A stretch of DNA of 64,000 nt from an uncultured archaeon (GCA_963810275.1 CAWENF010000021.1:192001-256000), one strand, 5' to 3'; counted from the first letter of the stretch, positions 34,940 to 45,866 are shown. Notes: generated by a model not told the origin, from the sequence alone. Program-made: numbers and translations.

Positions 34940-35176
34940 TTACCAATCTTCATCCGATTCTTCAGGGAACAAAGGGTCATCAAATAACAGTAAACCATCA
35001 CCATGACTGTCCTCGATTAAATTCTCTCTAAGCTGATTATCTGTTTTTTCATTATATGTGCTAGTTGATTGTCCAGCCGTGAGTAAGCCATGAAAGAACT
35101 TAATGGCAATTACTATGATAAGGACCAGAAAGCCTAACAGAAAAAAGAATATGATGAAGGATAAGAAATCAAACAT
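34940..35176 (-). CDS. Small membrane protein with acidic tail
   Basis: N-terminal TM; directly downstream of the integrase; motif A follows its stop. Confidence 0.6.
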   Translation of the reverse strand: MFDFLSFIIFFFLLGFLVLIIVIAIKFFHGLLTAGQSTSTYNEKTDNQLRENLIEDSHGDGLLLFDDPLFPEESDEDW

Positions 35177-35182
35177 ATGGTG

Positions 35183-36096
35183 CTACTTCCGTTTCCTGAA
35201 AAGCTTGACTCCATCCATTTCGGTGACAAACTCAAAGCCCTGTTCTATTAACTTACAAGCTTCATCTACAGTTTTAGCTACAGATACATGATATTCATCA
35301 TTACCAAAATGTACCAAGTGAGTGTATACCATTGTGTTTTGGATATTCTTGTGACCTAACTGTTGCATGACAAACAATAGGTCTTTTGTGCTATGGTACA
35401 ACATGGTGGCAAAGTAATGTCTTAGGTCGTAGAGTCTTATTTTTAGAAATTCGGGGTTTCCAGTAGCAACAAAGGCTCTCTTTCTCTCTACATGCCAGTG
35501 ATGGGTTAATGTATCCTGTGAAGCAAAAATTGTCTTATCTAAGTCTGCCCTATCAGCACCTATCACTCTGATAAGCTTTGATAACGTGTCTGGCTTGATT
35601 TTGAACGTTCTTGGGTTGCCATATTTGGCAGTCTTAACATACATCAAACCTTGTTCCAAATCAATGTCTCTAAGTGTCAGCTTACCTAATTCAACAGGTC
35701 GTAAACCATACTCTTTGATAATGGTAAAAGCAACTTTTCGTTTGAGTGAATGACAATGCTCAATGATGTAATTCACATTTTGTTCAAGAGGTGCTTTTTT
35801 GTGGTTACCAGTCTTCTTATACTTTGGTCTATCCCAAGTAATCTTATAGAACTTAGCAAAGTGGTCATAGCAAGCAATTAAGTTCCTTTTGTAGTCGGGG
35901 CTTTTGTTAAGATTAGCTATGTAAGCTCTCACTGATTCAGGGTTATTTAAGTCACAGTTAGCTGACAGGACTCGATACCATTTACCAAAGTTTTTCAGAG
36001 TTGATTCAGCAAAACCATCATTCTTCAATTTGACTAAAACATTCAGGTAGGTGGTCGGAAGAGATTTGTGGTAGCCCAGAAGAGATTCGAACTCTT
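35183..36096 (-). CDS. Tyrosine integrase, C-terminal fragment int(C)
   Basis: GLRPVE, TAKYG, RLYDLRHYFAT, LGHKNIQNTMVY catalytic residues; frame stays open upstream of TTG 36028 through the att core. Confidence 0.92.
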
Positions 36097-36144
36097 GTCA
36101 AGGGCTCCAGAGGCCCCTATGCTTGACCACTACACCACTGGGCT
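36069..36144 (-). tRNA. tRNA-Gln(CUG)
   Basis: AGCCCAG/CTGGGCT acceptor stem plus ACCA; anticodon arm GGGGC-CTCTGGA-GCCCT; T arm AAGAG-TTCGAAT-CTCTT. Confidence 0.95.
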
Positions 36145-36259
36145 GCGCAAACACACATCAACGTGCGGTTTTATAACTTTAACGTTGCGCTTCATAACTT
36201 TCCTTTTTTGGGTTTTTAACGTTTCACAGATGATTGTTACGAGTTTTTATAGAAGCATC

Positions 36260-37273
36260 TTATGGAACAAGGATTGCTCTGCCAATGATTTTGCCTTGCT
36301 TAAGCTTAAGAAGTACATCTTCTGCTTCACTTAAAGGATAAGTGCTACAGTCGACCCGTATTTTACCTCTAGAAGCGAGCTTAAGCACCTCATTCATTTC
36401 AAAACGAGTCCCTATAACGCTGCCCAGCACGGTGACTTCTTCAGGGTATAACATGGGTACAGAGCCATTCACGCCTAAAAGCACCGTTCCGCCGCGTTTA
36501 ACAATTTTTAGGGCTTGCTCCACTGCCTTCTGGGAAGGTGCATGAACCAAAACTACATCGGGGCAACCATTTTTCGCTACGAATGCATCCACCTCTGAGG
36601 GTAGTAGGGCATAGTCGGCTCCTACGTCCTTTGCTAGCTGTAACTTCTCTTGGGAGGTGTCAATAGCGATTACTTCTGCAGCAGGCAACTTGGCAAACTG
36701 CACAGTCAAATGACCGACCCCACCAACGCCGATAACAGCAACTTTTTTGTCAACACATACCCCAGCACGTTTTACCGCATGATAAGCAGTTATGCCTGGA
36801 CAAAAAAGCGAAGCGCTTTCTTCAAAACCCAAATTGTCATGTAAATGGTGAACAAAAGTGTAAGGTGCAACCATGTACTCGGCAAATCCACCGTCAACTA
36901 CTTCGCCTGTCGTTATTCTTTTCAGGCAAAGATTTTCCCTTCCTGACAGGCAAAACTCGCATGTGCCATCAGTTTTCCAAAGCACTTGCACCCCCACACG
37001 GTCGCCCAAGGAGAAACCTGAGACATCGCTGCCTAATTCTGCGACTTCCCCTGTGACCTCGTGCCCCGGGATGATTGGGAGTTTAGCGGGTACGCCGAAT
37101 TTTTGAAGATCGCCCTCAATCATGTGGATGTTGCTGTAACAGACGCCGCAAGCTTTGACTTTTAGAAGAACTTGGTCTGGTTTTGGAGTGGGTTGGGGGA
37201 CGGTGGTGTAGGTTAAGGGGCGGTTTTCTATTTTGTCAATTTTGGTACAAAGTTGGGCTTTCATTAGATTCAC
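36260..37273 (-). CDS. Zinc-dependent alcohol dehydrogenase (AdhP-like)
   Basis: ACGVC, PGHE, CEFC....ENLC, GVGGVG. Confidence 0.92.
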   Translation of the reverse strand: MNLMKAQLCTKIDKIENRPLTYTTVPQPTPKPDQVLLKVKACGVCYSNIHMIEGDLQKFGVPAKLPIIPGHEVTGEVAELGSDVSGFSLGDRVGVQVLWKTDGTCEFCLSGRENLCLKRITTGEVVDGGFAEYMVAPYTFVHHLHDNLGFEESASLFCPGITAYHAVKRAGVCVDKKVAVIGVGGVGHLTVQFAKLPAAEVIAIDTSQEKLQLAKDVGADYALLPSEVDAFVAKNGCPDVVLVHAPSQKAVEQALKIVKRGGTVLLGVNGSVPMLYPEEVTVLGSVIGTRFEMNEVLKLASRGKIRVDCSTYPLSEAEDVLLKLKQGKIIGRAILVP

Positions 37274-37431
37274 AGGTGAAGCGAGTTATTATATTTGGAA
37301 TTGTTGTTGGGCTATTAGTATGTAACTGTAAAAGCGATGTTTTCATTGCGTTGTTTATAGTGTAATTTAAGTTCAAAATTAAATGAAAAAAATTAAAAAG
37401 GAGAGAATAAATGTTTACATTTATTCTTTTT

Positions 37432-40072
37432 TTATGGTTTGCGTAGGACGATGATTGTCAACAGACCAACTACTATGATGGCGACTAAGAGGCCAACGAT
37501 AGCTGGGACAAAGTACATGTCAGCCATTGATTCTGTTGGTGCGTTTGTTGGTGCGGGGGTTGCTGCTGATGGGTCAACTGCAAAGGCTGCGGTTGAGACA
37601 GATGGCCAGTAACCGTTAGTGCCTGCGAAGACTGCGGTGACTTTGTACATGCCGGTGATGTCTGGTGTCCATTGTAGGTTGTAGTGGCCGGTTTCGTCAG
37701 TTGTTGCAGAGCCGATTGTGCGGGTGTTTCCGTTGGCGTCTGTGACCATGATTTGCACTTCAACACCAGTGAAGTTTGTTGGGAGTGGCTTTTGTTGGTA
37801 GACATAGCCCATCCAGTCCTTCATGCTGGCATCAGATGCAACTGGTACACCGTTTGCAAACCGGGCTGATTGCTCGTTTTGCTGTGAGCCTGAGGAAATA
37901 TCCATGACGGTTCCGCTGATGACTATTGATTGTCCTTCATGTGAGTGCTGCTTGCGGAGTGTTGACTGTTATTGTGCTTGGACCTCTGCCGACGACATAG
38001 ATTTCGTTAGTCAAGCCGTTAAACCAGGTATTATAACCGTCTGCGATTGCGTAGCTTTGGACCATGAACTCGCCGACATAGCTATTGAGAGTCCATACTT
38101 CTTCGCCGGAGGTTGCGTTGAGTGCGCGGGATAGTGCACCTTTGTAGAGTGGAGTTTCGATTGTGTGTTCTGTTGTGACAGTGTAGATCAAGCCATTTGC
38201 GTAGCCGTTGACGAATGTTGGGTAGTTTCCTGGAACTACAACGCCGCCGTCAGTGCTGTTTCCTGGGCCGCCATTGCCATAAGTCCATAGTAAGTCACGC
38301 AGAGACTGTATCATAGCAGTATACGATGCCTGCGTATCCGCTGCTGTACATGTTACCATAGGCAAACATGTTGCTTAAGCTGGCTGATGCTGGGCTGCCG
38401 TAGTAGTCCATTGCGGTCTTGTGGATAGTGCTAGTTGTAGTCCAAAGCGGCGCCAGTGTTAGGCTGTAACCTATAAAGCAGTTCATTTCACGAACGTTTT
38501 CTACGAATACTCTGTTGACTGGATCAACACCTGCTTCGATTATGGTTGCCCCGGGTCTAAGTTGTCTGGGTTAACTGTGTTTATCCATTGTATTTGTCCG
38601 TATGTTCCAGCGGTCTTGTTAAGACTGACTGCAAAGTACGTGTATGGCTCTTGCGATGGTGTTGCACCGAAGAAGAAGCTGGTGCCTGTTGATGGTAATG
38701 TACCGTTGTAGCATAGCATGACATCGTCGTAATATGCTTCAACTACTGTGAATCTTGATGTCCAGTTTTTGCCTTGGTATGTGATTGGCACTGTCCAGTC
38801 GTATCTGTCGGATGTGCTTGCATCAAGTGCACGAATGTTGAGACCGATTGAGCGGTGTGTCTGTCCATGTCCAGAGGTTGCTAGAGTTCCATTGGCGTAC
38901 TACATAGCCTTGAGGCGTACTTTGTGATACGTAGAATAGGTATTCACCCATTGGTCCCATCGCTGCTCTACCAGATGGACGCCACCGAAGAATCCGCCAG
39001 CTACTTGGGAACGCCAGTTGCGTTGAAGAGGCTTGTGCCTGTATCTGCATCATAGAATTGCCAGTTCGGACCCAGAGCCAAAGAAGCATTGCAGTTGGTA
39101 GACACCGTGCTGGTTGGGGTTTTCGGAATCAAAGACATAGCGTGCGAAAGTGCTGGAATATTATTGCTTCTCCAGTACTCTTCGCCTGTACGTAGGTCAA
39201 CACAGGGACAGGCTTGTTTCGCCTCCAGTGGGTTTAAGGTATGAGACTGGTTCGGTGTAGTATAGTTTGCCGTCAACAATGATTGGGTTCGTGTATCTTT
39301 GTAGATAAGCACTTCCTTCGAAGTATGTGTTACCTGGGTAGTCTTCGAAGTCATTTCCACCTACAACACCGCCTGCCTGAAGTGCTTTAGTCCACATGAT
39401 GTGGCTAGTTTCTGAACCAGCTGCGTTGTCTGGGAATAGTGCGCCGTTACCACCGAAGTTATATGAGCTTTCAAAGCCGAGATAACCTGGGGCACCGTTG
39501 CCTAGCCAGTTAGATGAGATCAAGTACCAGATGCTGTTCTCGCCATAAATTGGGCGGCTCCAGTACTCGGTTGGCAGTGGATATGTGTCGGGTAAGCGAC
39601 CGATTGATTCTTCTTGGACGGTGAAGGTTGTTGTTGCATTGCTACCTAGGAAAACGTCATTGTTATTTTGGTTGGAGCGTGCTGTTTGGTTAATCCACAT
39701 TTCTGGGAATTCGAAGTCAACGGTGTATGTACCAGCCATGTCCGGGGTATAGAGATATGCTTGGTTAGAGGTTGTGTCGAAAACTGTTGACCACTCCTCT
39801 TGAACGGTGTGGTTGTCAGGTTTTGTGATAGTCAATTTGTAGTCGTGTACTCTAAAATCATTATCCAAGTCTGCGCCAGGTGCAGTTCGGTCAATCCACA
39901 TGTAGATGGTGATTTCGTCACCAACGCCAACGTGATTGGGAAGAGCTGCAACGTATGCGAAAGTCTTGTATTCTGTTGCTGCGCTAGCTGTAGGCGTAAG
40001 TACTGATATGCCCATTGAAACGACTAAGAGTGTTGCTAACAAAATAGTCGCGGTTTTACTTTTGGTATTCAA
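37432..40072 (-). CDS. PQQ-like beta-propeller surface protein, paralogue 4 (many frameshifts)
   Basis: Signal peptide, PLPTEYWSRPIYGEN, HIMWTK..GGVVGG, TTEHT, GRGPS, RFANGVPVASDASM, MADMYFVP-TM-RKP. Confidence 0.8.
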
Positions 40073-40075
40073 GAT

Positions 40076-40100
40076 TTTCCTTTTTCTCCTTAAATCTTTA
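40076..40100 (-). promoter_or_regulatory. Leader / Shine-Dalgarno region of paralogue 4, predicted sRNA target
   Basis: mRNA UAAAGAUUUAAGGAGAAAAAGGAAA ending 3 nt before the TTG start; exact complement of the sRNA loops. Confidence 0.65.
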
Positions 40101-40338
40101 AGGGAAAGAGACTAAACATTTACCTTAATAAGCATTTGTGGAGGAAGCAAGTGAATGGTTCACGATGATGTTGAAGAAGAGGCTTTCAGAAGCCAGTTTA
40201 GCTCACTTAGAAGCGATTTTGATGTACATTTTACCGCTAAAAAGTTGTGCACCCTCCTCTTTTATAGCTCGATTTCTTTGTAGTTGAGGAGCAATAAGGC
40301 TTTTATCAAGTAAACCACCATGATTATATTGATAATTT

Positions 40339-40749
40339 ATGCCGTTAGTTAAGGACATAATGACTAAAAACGTGGCAACTATCGAGTCCAGCAAAACCGT
40401 CTACGATGCAGCACAGCTTATGGCTGAAAAAAGTTTAGGCTCCTTAATCGTGGTCATAAAAGGATTCCCCGTAGGAATAATTACTGAAAAAGACATCGTG
40501 AACAGAATAGTGGCTAAACGGGCTGCCGTGGACACTAGACTCTCTGAAGCGATGACTAAAACCTTAATTATAGTTGAACCTGAAACATCGATTAGAGAAG
40601 CAGCAAGAGTTATGTCGGCAAACAAAATCCACCGGTTACCCGTTCTCAAAGAAAACAAGCTCGTGGGGATAGTTGCTGCTTCAGATTTCGTACGCAATGC
40701 CGGCAAAAAAACAACTACAGAAGAAATTCTCGAAGCTCTCGGAGGGTAA
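40339..40749 (+). CDS. CBS-domain pair protein
   Basis: VKDIMTKNV, GIITEKDI, IHRLPV, LVGIV. Confidence 0.9.
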   Translation: MPLVKDIMTKNVATIESSKTVYDAAQLMAEKSLGSLIVVIKGFPVGIITEKDIVNRIVAKRAAVDTRLSEAMTKTLIIVEPETSIREAARVMSANKIHRLPVLKENKLVGIVAASDFVRNAGKKTTTEEILEALGG

Positions 40750-40805
40750 CCATCAGACCTGCAAATTAAAAAAACATTAAATCGCAATTTTGTTTAATAT
40801 AGCTT

Positions 40806-41522
40806 TTATTGGGCGCTATAGTCTTTTTTAAAGCCGGGTTTAAGCGGGTTAAATTGCGCATCTTTTGGGGGCAAAGGCTGCATTTTTAGAGCTTTTTGGG
40901 CGCATTCTTTAGCTTCATCCATCAACCCCAGCTTCGCCAAAGCCACCCCTTTTCCCAGCATAGCGTTAGCATATTCAGGCTTCAATTGCAAAGCAGTCTC
41001 GAAATTTTGAAGCGCTTCTTGGTAATCACCGTTATTTCCGTGCGCTATCCCAATTAAATAGTAAATTTTAGGGTCATCTGGCTTGTTTTTTAAAGCTAAA
41101 TTATAGCACACTACAGCTTGATCGTATTGGTGGAGTTTAGCAAGTGAAAAAGCCAAGGAAAGCTGGATTTCAGTGCTGCTTGGGTCTAGTTGGACGGCTT
41201 TTTTGTCGCAGTTCACGGCTTGCTGATGCTGGTTTATAGTGGCGTAGGTAGCGGCCTTGAGGTGCCAAGCGTTAACCGATAATGGATTGTGTTGGAGGAT
41301 TTTGTCGTAGCACTTGAGGGATTCGTTGCTTTTGCCCAGCCGCCCCAGAATCAATGCTTTAATGAGTAGGGCGTCTTGGTTGTTTTCTTGGAGTTTTAGG
41401 GCTTCGTCCAGGCAGAGAAGGGCGCTTTCAAATTTCTGGGAATCCTTAAAAGCGATGGCCCGTTTGAGCTGTGCCGATGCTTGTAAACTTCTATATGCTT
41501 CATTGATCCCGTCTTGTTCCAT
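40806..41522 (-). CDS. Tetratricopeptide repeat protein
   Basis: Multiple 34-aa TPR repeats. Confidence 0.88.
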   Translation of the reverse strand: MEQDGINEAYRSLQASAQLKRAIAFKDSQKFESALLCLDEALKLQENNQDALLIKALILGRLGKSNESLKCYDKILQHNPLSVNAWHLKAATYATINQHQQAVNCDKKAVQLDPSSTEIQLSLAFSLAKLHQYDQAVVCYNLALKNKPDDPKIYYLIGIAHGNNGDYQEALQNFETALQLKPEYANAMLGKGVALAKLGLMDEAKECAQKALKMQPLPPKDAQFNPLKPGFKKDYSAQ

Positions 41523-42541
41523 GCCGTCAACTCCAGTTTACTTTAGCCTTGCATGTTACAGAATCGAGAAAGCTAATTTATAACTAATGGTTAAACCGAA
41601 TACCAATAAACCGATTTTTGAAACATATAATGCTGAATATGAGTCAGGCTTCATTCCTTTCTTCATACAGCGAGTTTCTGTAGGTAAAAGTTGTTATTAA
41701 AATTCGTAGATTGAAAGCTAATATGCGAAGGAGAGGAATGTTTTGAGCGCTTTGGTTCTGGAACGGGAGCAAATCACTGGGCTCCGCCTTTTCCGAAGGC
41801 TAATTTTAATTAGTTCCTAAATTTGTGGAAAAGGTTCAAATCAGTTTATTTTTAACAAATAGCCTTTTTTTAAACGCCAAAATTTTTAATTTAAAAACAA
41901 GTAAAATTGACGTTGTAAGAGAATATAACAAAGTTTCCAACAGGTTATAGAGAGTATAAGAGCAATACAGGCGGGTACTTTTTCCCTCATATAGAAAAGA
42001 CGCAGACAAACGTCATACATTAAGGTTAACGCTAGGTTATAAAAACTTGCGACTAAATTAAGTTTTAAGTTTTACTATATATTTGTTTGTAGTAACACAA
42101 TAACACCAACATTGCTTCATAACTTTTTGTAAGGTTATATTCTGAAAATAAATCGTTAGCTAGTGATTGCTTCTAATGACTAAGTGCCCTCAATGTGGTT
42201 GCGAGATCAGTGAACCAATAAAAGAACTGACAAATACTCATTTCACTATTAAACAATACAAATGTACAGAATGCAACTTCACTTTTAAAGTTACAAAAGA
42301 ATGGACTTCTTTCAGCAACAATTGACCCTAAACGACTTTACTAATAGCTGACCTAAGTTTGTAAATTATAATTTTATCAGAAACATCCTTCCTTTAAAGG
42401 GTGTAGATATTCCAAAGTACAAGAAAGCTAAGGCTAAAAAGAATATAACTAGTGACAGCAGCACCATTAAACTAGAGCATACCAATGATTCTAACATTCA
42501 ACTAGAAAAGGAAAAATTGAAGCTTAAATTAAGTTTTGAAG

Positions 42542-42616
42542 CGGGTCGTAAGGGATTTGAACCCTTGACTTCCAGCTTAGAAGGCTGGCGCTCTATCCGT
42601 GCTGAGCTAACAACCC
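42542..42616 (-). tRNA. tRNA-Arg(UCU)
   Basis: GGGTTGT/ACGACCC acceptor stem; anticodon arm CCAGC-CTTCTAA-GCTGG; T arm AAGGG-TTCAAAT-CCCTT. Confidence 0.93.
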
Positions 42617-42767
42617 AACAAAGGTGAAGATAAAAATGGGCTTTCATGCTTTAAGCCTTACTATGAAATGAAGCCACATATCGTGCCCAAATGGGCTATA
42701 GTCTTTTTGGTTAAAAGAATAAAAAGTGGAATTAACCCAAAACAAAGTGGAACAGTTGAGGATAACG

Positions 42768-43874
42768 CTAAGTTTTCCAGTCAGGACCCGCTTTCTTCCC
42801 GAACAGCACCTGCACGTGTCCAATTAATATAATTATCATCCAAACTGACGAGTAAAAGAAGTAATACACAACCAATTCATGCAGCTTCATCTCGCGGAAA
42901 CCCAGTTTACGCCCAAACCCATAGAACACACCTGCAGTTAAGCCAAAGCCCGAAAGCGAAATTAACATCACTTTTAAGACGTCTGCGGTTCCCAAGGAAA
43001 TAAGGAAAATTGGCAGGGCAATATTGAATTTGACTGAGAGAAACAGCGAGAAAACCAGCAGAGAGTTGTACATCCACATGCTAGGGACAAGTGCGCTTAG
43101 GAAGAACACAGTAACTGAAGGATACAGGAAAAATAGGCTAGGCAGGAAAACTTGCGGCTTCTTGATGAAACGCTTCATGAGTTGGCGATTCCAGTCTTTG
43201 AGCCAAAGCGCCTGCCCAATCGCCCAACGCCTGCGTTGGGTAAGCCACTTGTGCCAGTCACCATGAACGACGTTTTTAACTTCCACGTCATGAGAGTAGC
43301 TAAAACTTCTATCCTCAAGGAAAGCACGAGTGGCTATGTCAATGTCTTCGGCTACAACCTTTCTAAAACCATGCACCTTCTCAAACGTTTCCCGGTTGAT
43401 GGCAAACGCTGCACCGTTGACTGCGGGGCATTTATGCATGAAACGGCTGGCAATCCACGAGCTAATGTTAAAGGTTAGGTACTCGTAGTAAGCCATTCTG
43501 GAGAGAAAGGAGTTATTTTTTGTAACTCGTTTTTTGATGTCTAACACGTCTGTGTGTTGCATTTCCATAACGATTTTCCTTAGATAATCGCGGTCATCTG
43601 GGATACCTACATCGGAGTCTAAAAAAAGCAGCACCTTACCTGTTGACAAATCCACGGTGTTATTAAGAGCAGTGGATTTTCCAACGCGCTCTTGATTAAC
43701 TATGATGCGTACATCATCGCGTTCAAGCCGCTGGATTTCTCGGATGAAGTCAGCGGTTGGGGCATCAACTGTTACAAATATTTCTTTATCTACATTCTGC
43801 TTGCCCAAAACATCCAGCATCCCCGCTAGCTGGTCAGACTCTTTATAAACGGGAACGAAGATGCTTATGTCCAC
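42768..43874 (-). CDS. Glycosyltransferase family 2, membrane-bound
   Basis: VPVYKE, GKSTALN, FLDSD, AEDID, QRRRW, C-terminal TMs. Confidence 0.9.
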   Translation of the reverse strand: MDISIFVPVYKESDQLAGMLDVLGKQNVDKEIFVTVDAPTADFIREIQRLERDDVRIIVNQERVGKSTALNNTVDLSTGKVLLFLDSDVGIPDDRDYLRKIVMEMQHTDVLDIKKRVTKNNSFLSRMAYYEYLTFNISSWIASRFMHKCPAVNGAAFAINRETFEKVHGFRKVVAEDIDIATRAFLEDRSFSYSHDVEVKNVVHGDWHKWLTQRRRWAIGQALWLKDWNRQLMKRFIKKPQVFLPSLFFLYPSVTVFFLSALVPSMWMYNSLLVFSLFLSVKFNIALPIFLISLGTADVLKVMLISLSGFGLTAGVFYGFGRKLGFREMKLHELVVYYFFYSSVWMIIILIGHVQVLFGKKAGPDWKT

Positions 43875-43994
43875 TTTTTTCTCCTCTCAAGCAAGCAGTA
43901 ACCATTGGAGTATTCACGTATGGCTTTTTAAATTCTTCTGCATTTTATTGCAAAAAAGTCTTCTCGCTAATCATCAAAACGCCAAAATGAAAGT

Positions 43995-44522
43995 TTAAAG
44001 CTCTTCACAGAGGTTTTGTAGTACATTTTTGGAGATTGGGCCTATACGGTAGAGCATTTCGGCTTCGTGTCCGTCACTTCCGAAATCCGCCTCGCTAAAA
44101 AGCATGCTGCGCTCAAGCGGGGCATGAAGCTGATTTGCGAGGGCAGTAAAGTTTCTTTTAGAAGCCTCGTTCGAGGGATTCACTGTGCCCTCAAAGAAAG
44201 TTGCGTTCGAAGAGCATAGCTGGTATAGCAGCAGTCGCCTCTGTAATCCGTTACCCCGGTAATTTTTATGGACGACGGTTTCCCAGTTGAAAAACGTGTC
44301 AGGTCTGCTAGGTGAGAGGTAACCTGAAGAGAAAGCTACAATTTCACCGTCCTTTTCTGCTACGACACAAGTATCGGAGAAGTCCCTTGCCAAGAGGAAG
44401 TAGGTATAGCGGCTGTTTAGCCCAACGTAGGGGCGGTTGGCTATGAGAAGCTTATAAACAGCGGCAATGTCTTCTATGACCACCTTTCTGATAGTAAAGT
44501 CTGCATTGGAGGTTTTTTGCAT
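43995..44522 (-). CDS. GNAT acetyltransferase of EctA (diaminobutyrate acetyltransferase) type
   Basis: LNSRYTYFLLARDFSDTCVVAE, GYLSPSRPDTFF, RGNGL, TVNPSNEAS, HEAEMLYRIGP. Confidence 0.8.
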   Translation of the reverse strand: MQKTSNADFTIRKVVIEDIAAVYKLLIANRPYVGLNSRYTYFLLARDFSDTCVVAEKDGEIVAFSSGYLSPSRPDTFFNWETVVHKNYRGNGLQRRLLLYQLCSSNATFFEGTVNPSNEASKRNFTALANQLHAPLERSMLFSEADFGSDGHEAEMLYRIGPISKNVLQNLCEEL

Positions 44523-45866
44523 TTAAGGTTTCACGTTGGGTTTGCGGCGTTTGATTCGTTGGTTGCCTTCAGGTATGAGCGAGATTGTCTTGCCCGCATT
44601 CGCTAGCAGCTTTTCTACGCCGATGGGGGGTTTGTGGATTTCAAGTGTTAGTTGTAGATGGCATTTGTCGCAGTCTCGATCACATTTAGGGGGCTTGTAA
44701 TTTTCAGGTTCCTGATAGGTAGTTATGACGCCTTCGTAGTTGCGTAGCACTGTCTTGTTAGTTGACCACGAGATTATGTGGTTGGGCATAACTGGAATTT
44801 TTCCTCCGCCGCCAGGAGCGTCAATTACAAAAGTGGGCACTGCAAAGCCGCTGGTGTGCCCCTGCAGACTTTCCAAAATTTCGATGCCTTTCCCTACGGA
44901 GGTGCGGAAGTGTGTGAGTCCTTCAGAGAGGTCACATTGGAACAGGTAGTAGGGGCGGACTCGGTTTTGGACTAGTTTCTGACAGAGTTTTTTCATGATT
45001 TGAGGGCAATCATTTACACCTGCAAGCAATACTGATTGGTTGCCTAAGGGGATACCGGCATCGGCAAGTTTTCGCAGCGCTTCTCGTGCTGAGAGAGTGA
45101 GTTCACGGGGGTGGTTAAAGTGAGTGTTTAACCAAATCGGGTGATGTTTCTTTATTACAGCGACAAGTTCGGGAGTTATACGGTAAGGCAAAACCACGGG
45201 GGTTCGAGTACCGATTCGGATGACTTCAACGTGTGGGATAGCTCGAAGCTCGGTGAGTATCCAGTCAAGGAAACTGTCAGGCACCATCAGGGCATCGCCG
45301 CCGCTTAAGAGCACATCGCGGACTTCAGGGTGATTTTTTATGTAATCAATTCCAGCTCGTATTTGTTCTTTTGAGGGGATATAGTCGTTGTCGCCGACTT
45401 TGCGTTTGCGGGTGCAGTGGCGGCAGTACATAGCACATCGGTTGCTAATTAAGAACAGGACACGGTCGGGATACCGGTGAGTTAACCCTGGAACGGGGCT
45501 GTCTTTGTCTTCGTGCAAGGGGTCAGCCATGTCATGATGGGCTATTTCCAGCTCCATCGGGTTGGGGAACGCTTGTTTGAATATGGGGTCGTTGTGATAG
45601 TCTTCTCGGTCAATCAAGCTGGCATAATAGGGAGTTATATTTAGAGGAAATTTTTCTATAGTTTTTTGAAGTTCCTTTCTTTCCTTTTTTGGGAAGGTTA
45701 TCCCCATGAAGTCTTCGAAGGCTTCGATGGTTCTAATAGAGTTTTTCAGTTGCCAACGGTAATCCATCCATTCAATTACGGAGACAGGGTCTTTGAGCTG
45801 TGACGCATACGATTGGTAACTGAGAGGAAGTTCTGGTTTTTCAACAATCAGGACTGTCATCTCCAC
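44523..45866 (-). CDS. ablA: Lysine 2,3-aminomutase (radical SAM, PLP)
   Basis: [55 protein letters not shown]-terminal Cys cluster. Confidence 0.92.
   Translation of the reverse strand: MEMTVLIVEKPELPLSYQSYASQLKDPVSVIEWMDYRWQLKNSIRTIEAFEDFMGITFPKKERKELQKTIEKFPLNITPYYASLIDREDYHNDPIFKQAFPNPMELEIAHHDMADPLHEDKDSPVPGLTHRYPDRVLFLISNRCAMYCRHCTRKRKVGDNDYIPSKEQIRAGIDYIKNHPEVRDVLLSGGDALMVPDSFLDWILTELRAIPHVEVIRIGTRTPVVLPYRITPELVAVIKKHHPIWLNTHFNHPRELTLSAREALRKLADAGIPLGNQSVLLAGVNDCPQIMKKLCQKLVQNRVRPYYLFQCDLSEGLTHFRTSVGKGIEILESLQGHTSGFAVPTFVIDAPGGGGKIPVMPNHIISWSTNKTVLRNYEGVITTYQEPENYKPPKCDRDCDKCHLQLTLEIHKPPIGVEKLLANAGKTISLIPEGNQRIKRRKPNVKP

Larger units (their letters stand above)
20588..36096. mobile_element. 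15.5-kb integrative element inserted in tRNA-Gln(CUG)
   Basis: 26-bp perfect direct repeat of the tRNA 3' part at both ends; split tyrosine integrase; P-loop ATPase; AT-rich cargo. Confidence 0.9.

Noticed and set aside
36068-36334. 88-aa plus-strand ORF
   Set aside because: It is the antisense shadow of tRNA-Gln and the adh 3' end.
41600-42540. Second integrated element at tRNA-Arg
   Set aside because: The region is AT-rich with a short YKCTECNF remnant, but I found no duplicated tRNA-Arg 3' end or integrase.
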